This document shows positions 33,052 to 45,420 of a stretch of 64,000 nucleotides of DNA, piece after piece. The stretch's first letter is position 1; every line of letters begins with the position of its first letter. This DNA is from Macrostomum hystrix (taxonomy: Eukaryota > Animalia > Platyhelminthes). The stretch covers positions 13,082,001 to 13,146,000 of the forward strand of contig CATNEN010000003.1 in assembly GCA_950097015.1 (NCBI GenBank), in the 5' to 3' direction. The notes below the pieces were generated by a model. That model searched no databases and was not told the origin of the DNA. It worked only from the letters and a program-made list of their open reading frames with translations. Position numbers and translations under genes: made by a program.

Positions 33052-35519
33052 ATGACGAGAGAAAACGAAAGGTACAACCAACTCAAACAAGCTATTCTGA
33101 CAGGCAACGACACTGACTTAAAACGCATTTTAGAAGGCATAGAACGTCAAATTTTCACTAGTGACAATTTTGAAGCCAAGCGCATACTATTAGCTGCCGC
33201 AAGCGACAAGGAAGGTCTGTCTGTACTGAAGCGGTTAATTGATCAGGTGGGAGCCGAAGCGCTTCTACTAACGGACGATGAAGGCAACAGTGTGTTACAC
33301 AAAGCCGCGGTAAACCAAAATTCCGATTCAATGGTTTACTTTGAGCAAATAATGGCATTGAAGACTGACGCAAGATTCTCGTTTGAAGTAAAAAATAAGA
33401 ACAGCTGTTCAGTAGCGCACTTCGCTGCAACCAACAAATTCTGCAACAGCGCACTAACCTGGTTAGTGAACAAACTGGGACCAGAGTGCCTAGATCAACT
33501 CCCTGACAATGACAACGATATAGTGATCATGCTATATAGCAACATAGCCGCTTGCTTTTAAACAGCCGAAACGATGCAGTTTATCAAGGAGAAGATGAAC
33601 GGATCAATCGATTGTTTTAAATGGCGAGGATCCGAGTTCAACTCGACGGTGGCCCATTTTGCTGCCATGAATGCAGTCACTAACTCCACCCTGAAATGGA
33701 TTGTTAAAGAACTCGGACCCGACTGCCTACTTGATCGGGATGAGCAAAAAGAGACAGTTGTCCACAATGTTGCCATTTATCAGACAGTGGACTCTCTGGA
33801 ATTCATCAAGGAGCAACTGCACGGGGTGGAGTGTTTCACAATCAGAGGAGTTTATAATCGAACATCTGTGCACCACGCCGCAATCAATGAAACACAGAGT
33901 CCACTGCTGCAATGGCTTGTGAGTGAATTAGGGCCCCAGTGCCTCACGATCATGGATGCCGAAAACGACACGCCGATTCACCTTGCCGCAAAGTATCAAG
34001 ACGCGTCGGTGTTTCAATTCATCAAGGAGCAGCTAGGCGGCATTGAGTGCTTCTATCCCAAGGGGTCCAAGAATTTCTCTGTGGCACATTACGCAGCCAG
34101 CAATGAGCGCACCTGCTCCATCCTGAAGTGGCTAGTCAGGGAGCTTGGGCCGGAGTGTCTGTTTGAACGAGATGACGACGGAGACACGGTGATTCACAAG
34201 GCTGCCTCGTATCAGGAAGAGGAAGCCATGCAGTTCGTTTATGACACTTTAGAGGACATGGCGTGCTTTAAAATGAAATCAGGATCCACAGGAATGACAG
34301 TCGTGCACTATGCTGCTAGCAATAAGCGTAGCGATTCAGCAATAAAATGGCTGGTGAACAAACTCGGGCCGGATTGCCTAACCCTTCGAGACTCTGAGAA
34401 CAGCACGGTCCTTCACTTTTTAAGCATGCACCAAAAGGCCGAGACTTAGCAATTCGTCAAAGAGAAGATGAAGATGAGTCCAGTGCTTCAGACTCACTAG
34501 TGAGACCAATAAGACCACCGCGCACACAGCCGCAATGAACAAAAGCAGCAGTTCCGCTCTGGAGTGGCTAGTGGACGAGCTCGGGCCCGACTGCCTGACC
34601 GAAAGAGACTCAAAAAATGACACAGTTCTCCACATAGCCGCTCAATTTCAAAATGCAGAAACAATGACACTTATTTTTAGAAAGTTGCGCGGAGACACCA
34701 GCCGCTTTAGGATGAACGGGTGGAGAGGAATGACGGTAGCGCACAGCGCAGCGACAAATCGCAGCGACATCAGCTTTGGAATGGATAGTAGACGAATTAG
34801 GCCCCGACTGTCTCCTAGAGAGAGACGCTGACAACGACTCGGTAATTCACATAGCGTCGAGTTATCAAAGCAAAGAGGTCATGAAGTTTATCGAGCAGAA
34901 AATTCAAGGAGCATAGTGCTTCAGGATGCGAGGAGCGAACAATACGACATCGGTGCATCGCGCTGCAACCAATGAAGTTGACAGTTCAACAATAATCTAT
35001 TTGGTTGAGAGGCTTGGAAAAGATTGCCTAACGGAGAGAGACAGTGGCAACAATACACCGGTGCACCTGGCGGCAGAGTACCAGAAATCTAAAGTCATGG
35101 AGGTAATAAAAGAAACAATGAAAGGAATCATTAGCTTCAAGCTGAAAGGACTGCGAGGCAGGACAGTGACCCACTATGCAGCGAGGAATAAAGTCAGTAC
35201 AGAGCCGCTCGAGTGGCTGGTGGAGGAGCTAGGACCCGACTGTCTAGCAGAGAAAGACGCCAAGGGTAATTCGGTAGTGCACGCAGCGGCCCGCTACCAA
35301 ACTTCGGTAACTCTTCAGTCTATCAAGGACAAGCTGAACAGCGTCGAGTGCTTTAAGGAGCCTGGTAAAGATTCTTTGACACCTGTGCACTACGCCGCCA
35401 AGAATACAATCAGCAGCTCAAATATTGAATGGCTGGTTAACAAACTGGGGCCAGAATGCCTAACAGAGCGCCGAGACTGTTCGTCGACTGCAGTATTTGC
35501 TCAGATTGCCCAACCCTGA
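33052..35519 (+). pseudogene. Disrupted ankyrin-repeat gene built from ~72-aa double-ankyrin units
   Basis: About 10 units with WLVxELGPxCL...D..N.T.xH.AA periodicity (~216 nt). Lesions: insertion/frameshift at ~33530-33561, TAG 34447-34449, frameshifts at ~34475 and ~34770, TAG 34914-34916, and an abrupt end of similarity at ~35475. Confidence 0.82.
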
Positions 35520-35824
35520 GTCCTAGACCAGACCCGAATGAACGTTTTAGTATTCGATCTATTTCTTTATGGTCGCCGATATATTCAAGCAATCTAATCA
35601 CGAAAGTTAAAAACTTTTTACGCTATGCAGATTTCGAATTATTAAACTTATAAACATCCAAACCAACTTTCCCATTGTCGTAAAACGTTTTAACAAGGTC
35701 TTTATTTCTCGATATAACAAAAGATAAAACCTGATAGCGCAATACTTGGTTGGTTGGTTATTTAAAAGCCTACCAATTCCATCGTTTCACTATTGAAGCG
35801 TTATTTATTTATCATAGTGGGAGG

Positions 35825-36030
35825 TGAGTGTCAGAACGGTTTAACGCATTTGCCTCTCGAACCAAGGTTCCTGAGCTCGATTCAGCGGCGAGGCCACATT
35901 CATTTGGTCAGCGAATTGGATAGCTTGAGTCAGCGAAATGGGCAGAATTGCCTCCTCGCTGGCTGCGGGTCTACTGTCAAGAATGATTTGCCATTGCCGA
36001 AGCCATTATGTAATCATTATTATTATTATA
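35825..36030 (+). mobile_element. Internally deleted SINE family A copy
   Basis: Head (35827-35905) joined to the 3' part (GAGTCAGCGAAATGGGCAG...ATTATT tail). Confidence 0.75.
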
Positions 36031-36597
36031 TTCATCATAGTAATAATTAATTACGCAAATATCAATTGCCGATTTTAATTGTGCTTCTTATACTATCAAA
36101 AATAAAGTGAGTATTTATAGTTTTTCTAAAAAGAAATTTGAAAAGTCAAGAAGTACTTCGATTCTGAATTAAGTTGAGTGACAAGACGTAGTGTGTGTTT
36201 TGCTGTTTTTTATTTCACAATTTGCGCATGAAAAAGGGCATCTACAGTAGTAAATGTAGCAGAAACAAGAGTCGGGCCACATAAATCAGAAAATGCATGG
36301 TCCAAGTTAGCATTTCCTAACTCAAGCAAGATAATTTCTCGATTATTGGTTGCTAGGTAGTTTAGATTGTTAAAGACGCTTTTGAAAACGACTTTCTACT
36401 AGCTAAAACAATCCTTACCGGCATTGATTTTTATCGGATAAGTTACATCAGCTTAATAAAAAAGAGTTTTCCATGACAACTTCCTTTGAAAAGCAGCTAT
36501 GCCCTATTATAGTGATTAAAATGATCTAGCAAGATTCAATTCAACGAAAAGAATGCGAAAAACTATTTATTGTTTAGGAAAACTATTTAAGAAGGCC

Positions 36598-38681
36598 TTA
36601 CCAATACCGCCGCCCATACTTGATCGCGTGCGGTGTTAAAAATCGTTCAACGTTGCAAAGATTGTTTTTGCGTACAAAATCAAAGTCAAACGGATTAACG
36701 TTCTCATCCGTTACATATCGATCATAGCGCTCTTCAAAATCCAGCATTTCCTGTGAGACGAATCGACTTTTGAATGGCAAATAGCCGGCCATCTGTTTGA
36801 GCATGCGGTAGGCTTCTTGCCATTCTAGATTGCCTCCCAATTCTAGAATGATTCGTTCATCTTTAACTGGCGACTTGTAGAATTTCGGATCGCGCTTACC
36901 TCCGCCCAGTGTTAACCCGGGCGGGCGCTTATAGCCAGCCATCCAGGGAGCGTCCACTCGCCAGATGGCAAACATTCGGTCTTGGTCCAGCTTCCGGTTT
37001 AACGACATGCGCACGGTTTCAAAGTGACAGTGCAGCATCACGCCCGCTTCTAGGGCCTGTTGGGGATCAGGGATGGTGGTAGAAGTTCCATTTTCATCAC
37101 AATAACCCATTGGATAACCTTGGATAACACATTAGATGACTAATTGAATTTTTTAGGGGCTCGGGTTTGTATAGAATTTTCTTGTTAGCTGCAAATAACT
37201 GTTTGACTTGAGTTGTCTTTCTACAATTTCTTGGTGCATCTATTATCTCTGCGCTGTTTGTTTTACTCACTTCAGTGCAGACAATATTTCAGAACTCAAG
37301 ATATGGTAACCATATCTGTAACTTCCCATAGCCGTATCCGTAGCTACGGCTGAACTCTAATGACAAGGAGAAAATCGAAAAGTTGTGTGACTGCAGCTAC
37401 TGTGCTGGCATCCGGAGTCTGCGTACAGCTGTTGTTTAGTCCATGGACTGTGAGGGGACACCTAACCAAAAATTCAACTCCAGCTAACGATTGAGCTACT
37501 CATTTCGTAACTGTGTGAACTGTCAAGTGTCTTTGCTCAAGGAAAGAAGACTATAACTAATAACCTATCAGACAGGGGATAGAATATGACAGTTGACAAA
37601 GACAACATTTTTCTATAATCTAAACACAAAGTATCACTAAGAACATACTCCGACGTGTCGCTGTTTTTAACATAATACTAATTAACCGTATATCCTTGAC
37701 TATAGAAGAAGCATTTACAAGTACTACAAGCCAAAGCGTCGTCTTTCGTAACCACGAGCGTAGCTACCAGACATTTTGCTAGTAGACACTGGACTGTACA
37801 GTCAGTATATCTTATGACGACATTGTGAAAACTATATTAAAATAGTTAATGTATACTTTATGACTTTATGTATATAAACTGATAAACTAAACTAAGTGGC
37901 GAGCAAACGTGAACTGGAAGGGCAGCAAAGCAAATATGCTTACTCGTTGATAATAATCGCAAAAGAAGGTAAAACTAGAAATGAAACTGATTACACCGTT
38001 TTTGTATGTACATGTAAATTGCATGCATGTACTTTTAGCTGCTGGTTTCTTAATGTGCATTTTGTCACAAAGTCGCTAATGTCACTAAGGGTAGATTAAA
38101 ACTAGAGCTTCGTAAGTTCGCACTCCTAACCGACAGGTCATTGGTTCGATTCATAGCCTGTTGCAAACAATAGTACCTGCCCTAGTGCTGAAGTTCAACC
38201 AGCTGTAAAATATTTACTAGCATTATATTAGATACAAAGTTAAGATTGGTGTGTATATACACCCCAGTCCATGAACTGAAAAGCTTATTATTAACGAGCA
38301 AAATAAATAGCGGGACGCATTTCATTAAGCACGCGAGGAAAATCTTACCTGCACTCCAAACTGTCGATGAATGAGCTTATTGTGAACCAATTCTGGTCCG
38401 CGAAAGATGGATCTACTACCAGTGTAGTGCCATTTAGTGCCAATGGTCACTAAAGTGGGTGACGGCACCTTTGGTCGCGTTGGAAGTCGTCTCTGATCAC
38501 GAGGAACCTCAGCTTCGGTCAGAGCTGGTTTTGGCTGCCAATTGACTCGCCATTGCCAAAGGTGTGGCGCCGCCAAGCTGCGAACTGGTTGGCTCGTGTT
38601 AATGATCACAGGTGCAAATGAGCACGACTGCAGCTTAATTAATGCCGGCAGTGCCGGTACGCTGCGAAATGCACTACTCAT
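36598..38681 (-). CDS. MRPL16: Mitochondrial ribosomal protein L16 (uL16m), ~263 aa, 2 exons
   Basis: Exons 38681-38349 (CAG|GTAAG) and 37056-36598. Motifs RGPELVHNKLIHRQFG, HFETVR, RMFAIWRVDAPW, GGGK, PVK..RIILELGG; basic, acid-free N terminus like a mitochondrial presequence. AATAAA at 36571-36566. Confidence 0.92.
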
Positions 38682-39019
38682 TGCGCTAATAGTATCCTAA
38701 AGGTGGATCGAATGATTATGTGATTGCTTGCGAGCTGAAATTGATTGAGAAATTTGAAAATTATTTCCAATTATTTAAGATCTGTAGATTGATTAGTGAA
38801 TAAGTACTAATTATAGATAATTATTCTTAGATACCTGACTAGCTCTTTAGCTACCTCCTCTGTAAAAATTTTAGCGAAAAATTTATTCCACTTAGGTAGC
38901 AACATGCAGGCAAAAACTCTTAGCAGACGAAAAAAGTCCCCCCCTGCTACAAACAACAATATCTTTGCCCACAGCACACAACTAACTCACATGATGTCCA
39001 CAGAAATGTTAGCGTACAT

Positions 39020-39425
39020 CCAACTTTATCGATGATGAGAATGTGAAAAAGGTGTTGGACACAGATGCTAGTGATAATAGAATCAGTGCAGTCTTTAGCC
39101 AAATTCAGTCCGATGGTGTAGAACGACCATTAGCTTATTTCAGCCAAGCAATGAAGCAATCGGAAAAATGTTGCCCCATCACTAGGAAGGAGTTATTAGC
39201 ACTAGTTGATGCCATGAAGCATTTTAGATATAACCTATTAGGCAAGAAGTTCCTAGTCAGAACTGACCATAAAGCCATTATCTGGTTACTCAGGCACACA
39301 GAAGCACAAGGTACACTAGGCAGGTGGATTGAGTGCATAAATTAATTCAAGTTTGATTTTGAACACTGGAGTGGTGAACACTTCAAGTGAATCAAAATGC
39401 CAACAGCCTATCCCAAAGACCAGCT
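39020..39425 (+). mobile_element. Degenerate Ty3/Gypsy pol fragment (RT-associated RNase H)
   Basis: LDTDAS...ISAVFSQ...ERPLAYFS...TRKELLALV..MKHFRYNLLGKKFLVRTDHKAI.WL...RWIE, followed by stops and frameshifts. Confidence 0.9.
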
Positions 39426-40340
39426 GAAGTCACCAAAGGTACCCCAGTAATAGAACAGCCATTGAGAAACAGCAGTACAAATGAGAGACCCGAACAGGAA
39501 ATGACCAATGATAGCTCCTTTAGCTTGATCAAGGTGAAGACTGCTTTACTGTTTAAAAGAGAGGCAAGGACAACTGATCCCAATATTAGGATCTCGCGGC
39601 CTTGCTTACAGTCTCAGGATTAAAGAAGGAAAGACTTTAGGAAGGACCTCATGATTCCGGCATAATGCTATTGAATCCAGTCACTAAAGAATTCAATCTC
39701 CCAAGCTGAATAAGACACTGCAAGAAGTCAATGGCAAGTGCAAAAAATTACTGACAGATTATCTAACCATTCTATAGTTATAATAGTCTCCCAGGCAGAT
39801 GTCCCCGCAGAGAATGAGATTGTTGAAATTTTAGACGATCGGGAGAATGAAGCTCCACTAAGGCAGTGAACGGCTCCCAGACTAGCCAACGTGAGTAGCC
39901 GATTACCGCTTAGATCGCCTATGTAATGTTCCGCCAGCCAGAGAATCCCACAAGAGGTCAGCCCCAATTTTGTGACTGCCTGTCCCTGTAGACCCAGGAA
40001 AGCGTTGTAGAATCCTCAAGGATCAGCCAGAGATGGAAGTGTCTGTCTCTGAAGCAGCGCTCAGTTGACAACCGGTTGGCACTAAGACCTTGATAACAAT
40101 TACCATCCCAGAGGCCTCAGTCCCAAAGCACCGGAAAACTAGAACGTACTGTAGGGCCATAGTGCCAAAGCCAGCAGCAGCTCCACAGTGGTATATTGAG
40201 CTAGGCAAGCCTCTGTATGTTTGGATCCAGTCAAGACTGCCGCGGCAGCCCTTACAGCCATAGCTGCAGCAGCAGCCACATTCGTCACTGTCGCAGCAGC
40301 AGTTGCAGCAGTCACAGCCATAGCTGCAACAGCAGCAGAA

Positions 40341-41862
40341 TTAGCCTTCACCATCCTGGGCAAAGCCCTCCCCATAAAAACCGAAATCCGCTTTCTCGGA
40401 GTTTGGATCGACCAGAGCCTTCTTTTCTCCACCCACACCAAGTAAATCAAAGACAAGCTCTCGAAGCGCGTCTCCGTCCTTCGCGCCCTGGCCCACCGCG
40501 AGTGGGGCTGTGATCGCTCGCTCCTCCTCAAAGTCTACAAAGCTGTGGTGGAGTCAGTGGTTTGGCACGCGGCTGCCGCCTGGACCCCCTGGCTCTCCAA
40601 ATCCAGGCTTGAAGACCTGGACCGAGTGCAGCGCGAAGCCCTCAGGGTTGTGACCGGCCTCCCAAGGTCCGCGCCCACCGAGGCGATCTACCTTGAAGCT
40701 GGCTCCACTCCCATCAGCATTGAGGCCAAACGGCGGGCGCTGGTGGCCTACGAGAAGGCCCTGCGCAGACTGGAGGGAGACCCTTGGCGCACCGTCTGCG
40801 AGCGGCACCATGACGTCCGCCTTCTGAACAACAGGGGTCTCCGCGAGCAAGCTAGGCAGCTCTGCGATAAGCTCATCCGGGCCCCCCGTCGAGAGGGTCA
40901 CTGGGTGCGAGCCCCACCTTGGAAATCCCTGGCCGACCTGAAGATCACCATCCACACGCAACTCCTGGACGCTGTCCACAGAGACGAGCCAGCCAACCGC
41001 AAGCTGAAAGCCACTCTGGACACCGTCTCCGTGCGCTTTCAGGACGCTTGCCTGTACTGCTCGGACGGCTCTGTTTCAGGTGGAACCGACAATGGCGGCG
41101 CTGCCTGGGTTAAGCTGGACCAATCCAACGACCAGATCCTCCGATCTGGACAAGCAACGGCGGGCCGCTGGTGTAGCTCCTTTGAAGCTGAAATCATTGC
41201 TATGCTGCTCGCCGTCAACAACATTCTGCTCTCCAAACCAGGAGCTGCTGTCATCCTCACGGATAGCCAGGCCACTGTTTCTGCTCTGAAAACCGACCGT
41301 CCAACCACCAATAGGCTGCTTGAGGACCTGAAGACAGCCCTGATGGAAGTCACCAGCTACACCAGCCTGGCCATCCAATGGATCCCGGGCCATTCGGGCT
41401 ACCCGGGCAACGAGCTTGCCGACGCCGAAGCCAAGAAGGCCGCTCTCCTCGACCAGAGCAACGCGCCTGTCTCCTTAGCGGCCACCAAGAGCCGCATCTA
41501 CCGACTCATCAACTACCTTCCCGCCCTCGAAGGTCACCTCACTGTCTATAGTGGCAGAATCACGCACCATGAGGGACCACGCCCCCAACAAGTCATGGTG
41601 GCGCAAACGCGTGCTGGTCATTGTCCGCAGTCCACCTACTACCAACACAGAATTGGAACCATTAACGCGGCCATCTGCAGACTCTGCAACAGTGAGGTGG
41701 ACCAGTTCCATCTCATCCACTGCCCAGCCCTTGACCGCACGCGCTCTAAGATTGGTTTTTACAGCCTCTCGGACCTCGCTCGGGCCGATATGGTGGCGCT
41801 CCTCCTCGGTGCTCTTAACTGGGTCCCCTTGTGAGTGGCACACCGCATACAACAACAAAAAA
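40341..41862 (+). mobile_element. 5'-truncated I-superfamily (Ingi/Nimb-like) LINE: RT C terminus, RNase H, C-terminal zinc knuckle
   Basis: RFLGVWIDQSLLFSTH...WG; RNase H YCSDGS...SSFEAE...ILTDSQ...QWIPGHSGYPGNELAD; CRLC...HLIHCP; (CAA)n tail; candidate TSD CAACAGCAGCAGAA at 40327-40340 and 41863-41876; one stop at 40443-40445. Confidence 0.92.
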
Positions 41863-44319
41863 CAACAGCAGCAGAAGCTGTCACCATCTCAGCCGCAGCA
41901 GCAGCCACAGCCATAATCTTAGCCACTGCAGCAGCAGCCACAACATTGCTGTCATATTTGCAGCCGTAATCATCGCAGCCGCAAAAGTCATCACCACTGG
42001 AGGAAGACTTGGAAGAGGACACATTATATGAAGTTGAGCTGCCATTGCCACAGCAGTCACAGCCAGTTCCATGGCCTACACATCGTTAGTATCAGCTGTA
42101 TCAACATTCTGCAGTTCATCAGCAGAATTAGCCACAGCCTCAGCCATTAATGAGCCTGCAGCGGAATCAGCAACAGCATCAGCAGCAGCAACTTCAGCAG
42201 CAGCAACAGAAATAGCCTGCTAACACTCATCTTGGAGAAGACTTTCTGGCCTTGATACAAAGCCTGCCCCAAGCTGTGCTGAATATTACAAGCATCATGT
42301 GCAGCTGCTCAAGCAGTATCTGATGTCTGTGGCATATGCTCTTCTCGACCGCAAGTTCCCACAGCAAGAGGACATTTGGATGGTGCTTCACTGCATGCAA
42401 GATGAATTCAACAGTGAGTACACCATCACTGCCTGGCATCAAGTGGTGCAGTATGCTAAGCAGTATGCAGTATGCTATTAAACAGAATCAATATAATTCA
42501 ATTGACATAGTGCTCAATATTGAGACTTGCTGGCTAGCCTGTATTATGGCTTGGCCTCATGCCATGCCACTTTCTTAAGGAATGCACTTCTACTTGAAGT
42601 ATAGCTTTGTAGGCAAGATTTGGTGTTTTATATTTTAATTTGTCAACAATGCCAGTTTATATTTTGTCATACTTTTCTATGTGCTCTGTGCTTTTAATTT
42701 TTACTGAGTGTCTTTTGATGCCTGCATCATGTTTTCTATGCAATTCTGCTCTTTATGTTTGTTCATGTTTACCCTTTAAGTGTATTATATCAATGCTTCA
42801 ATACACCTTTTTCTAAATGTGCATATTTTTCTTTATAGTTTGTATTTTTTAATTTTGTCATAATTTTGTTACTTTTTCACTTTATAGCCTCATTAAAAAT
42901 ACCAAAAGACACAAAAAGGCACAAAAAGAATAGTTTACTGTATAGAATCTAAAATATATTAAATTGAGTTCCTTGTTTTACTGGAATATGCCAACCCAAA
43001 TTATATAACATAAATACTGGAGTGAAATTGATGAAGAAGCAACCGGAGTTCCTTGCTCACTCACAATTTAAACAGTGTCCTACTTACTCGTGTTAAAAGT
43101 CTTGTGTACTTATTTCATACATTTCTTACTGAGACAAAACCAAGCTATATTATAAATAAAGCAAAGGAATCATTTGATTTTGTGTGCTTGATTGGGCAAC
43201 TCTAGTGGATTGGTAACCTGGCTATGACTGGAATCTCAAATCTTAAATCTCAAATCTCAAATCTTTGTATTGACTACAAACATTATATTGTAGAAAACTA
43301 TGGATAAAGGCAATGCTTATTTTCTTGGTCCAGTGCCAATAATTTCAATTATATCCACATGGATCTGTGCTGATAATTTTCTGCTTATCCACATGGCAGC
43401 TTGTATGAATAGGTCTACAAATCTTTATATATGCAGTGCCATTATTTCAATTTTATCCACATGGATCTATGACAATAATGGTGTAAATTCAATTTTATCT
43501 ACATAGACTTGTTCTGATAAGCTCCCATTTAGTTTGACATGTAGATTGATATGTGACATCAATATGAAGTTGTGAACAATGCACTTAATTACTGTTGTGA
43601 CCGAATTTATTATCATTAGTCAATTTGTCACTCAAGGAGTTTGCCATGAGCAGAACAGAAAAAGGAAGTGACATTCTAAAACAAATTCCAGGCCAGGGGC
43701 AAGCTCACATTTTAACAATGAATACAAATATTTATAATATAATTTAAAATTTTAAACTAAATTTTGTTTCATTTTGACCAAAAGAAAATATATGATCAAT
43801 TGTACAACAGATAAAGTGTATATAAAGAAAAAAATCTCCCCAATTTAAAATTATGATCTTATGTAAACTGTGAGCCTAGAATTTGCCCTATTAAATGAAT
43901 TAAACTCTACATTATAGGCTGATTATTATTAAAAATCTTGTCTTGTCTTGATCTCATAATGCTTAGACTGATTGTTGCATTGATTTTAAAAGTTCTTGCA
44001 TATTTTAAAATCAATAAACATTTTTTAGTTTGATTCTGCCAGTGCCAAGCTTTGATTCTGATTATGATTCTGCCGCAAGATTTGCAATTAATTTTTAAAC
44101 ATTAAACATAATAATTTTACAAGATTTCAGCATTTAATTATTAACAGCATGCAACTTAGTCAAGGCCTAGTTTTAAACTTTGTATTTTGGTATATTTAAA
44201 ACACAATGTAAATTAACCAAATATAATAGGCCTATAATCTGTTTTATAGTATGTTTTATAGCATATTTGTAGTCTATTAAAATTCACTATTAAACTTGAT
44301 TTAATAACTAAATTATTAG

Positions 44320-45420
44320 AATGTCAGCATGTCAGCTGAAGCTGACACTTCTAAATTGGTGTTAGATAGGCCTAGTCCTTCATGTGACTCTTAACAGTCA
44401 GAATTATTTTATGTAGGTAGACAATTTTCTACCTTTGCTGAACTAACTAGTGTAATAGAAACTTTTGACAAGAATTGCTTCGTGCATCTTAAAATTAAAG
44501 AGTCTCGCACAATTAAATTAGCCAGCTTACAAAGATTTTTTGGGTTTTTGGTTTGAGCTAAAAACAGAACTTAAATATTATGAGATTGTATATGTCTACC
44601 ATCATAGTGGTACACATTAATTATCCTCAGGAGGAAATCCTCTCAAGCAAAAGTATGTTTAGCCACTATATCTGAAACCATATATAGTACTGTATCTTTG
44701 CTTTTTATGTATATACTACTAACTTATGAAAGAAAATAAATTCCATTTTAGTACTATTTTAAAAGAATGCCCAATGAAGATTTCACTGTGAGTTACAACT
44801 TGAGGAAAGTTCCTTGAAGTATGCTCTGTTGACCTACACCACAACCATGAACTACTTAAGGTCATTCTGTCTAGTCTTATAAAAAACTTTTGCTCTATGC
44901 CTAAGTATTTGATTTTTATATTTAGTTATAATAATCATACTTTTAAATTCTATAAAAATCTAAAAGTGTTTCCTCTAAAGTAACACATTCTTTTTTATTT
45001 AAGCAAGTGTTTGATCATCTTTTAAGCCAAAGGAGACTTGCAGTTGAGCAACAGAAAGATATTAAGTAAATGTTAATTCTTGGATGTAACAAGAAGCTAG
45101 TACAGGCATCATCTTCATGCTCAAGGCAAAGTAGAATTACTTCAGGACCTTCACAATTTGTCAGTCAAGCTACAGAGCTTTAGTTGTGATTTGGCTAAGA
45201 ATGAATTGGAAAAGGTAATTGAACTGCTTGGCAAAGACCCTTCAATGAAAGCTGGTGTCTTTTGTTCACAAAATAATGATGGCAGTAAGACGATTGAAGC
45301 CATTTCAATTCAAACTGATTAAATGAAAGCTATGTTTGGTCACATTCCAGAAGTCTTTGTTAGATGCGACATAAATTGAACAATCTAAGAAGGATGCTCG
45401 ACCGACACTAATGTCATCCT
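44320..45420 (+). mobile_element. Degenerate intron-containing MULE/ZSWIM3-like transposase relic
   Basis: Hand translation gives FYVGRQFSTFAELTSVIETF...ESRTIKLA...LKYYEIVY, ECPMKISL...LEVCSVDLHHNHE and QRRL...NKKLVQ...GKV.LLQDLHNL, with stops and frameshifts. 45120-45210 is locally duplicated at ~45622-45710. Confidence 0.6.

Noticed and set aside
42227-42578. Short ORFs after the low-complexity tract
   Set aside because: No recognisable domain or splice structure; probably part of a decayed element.
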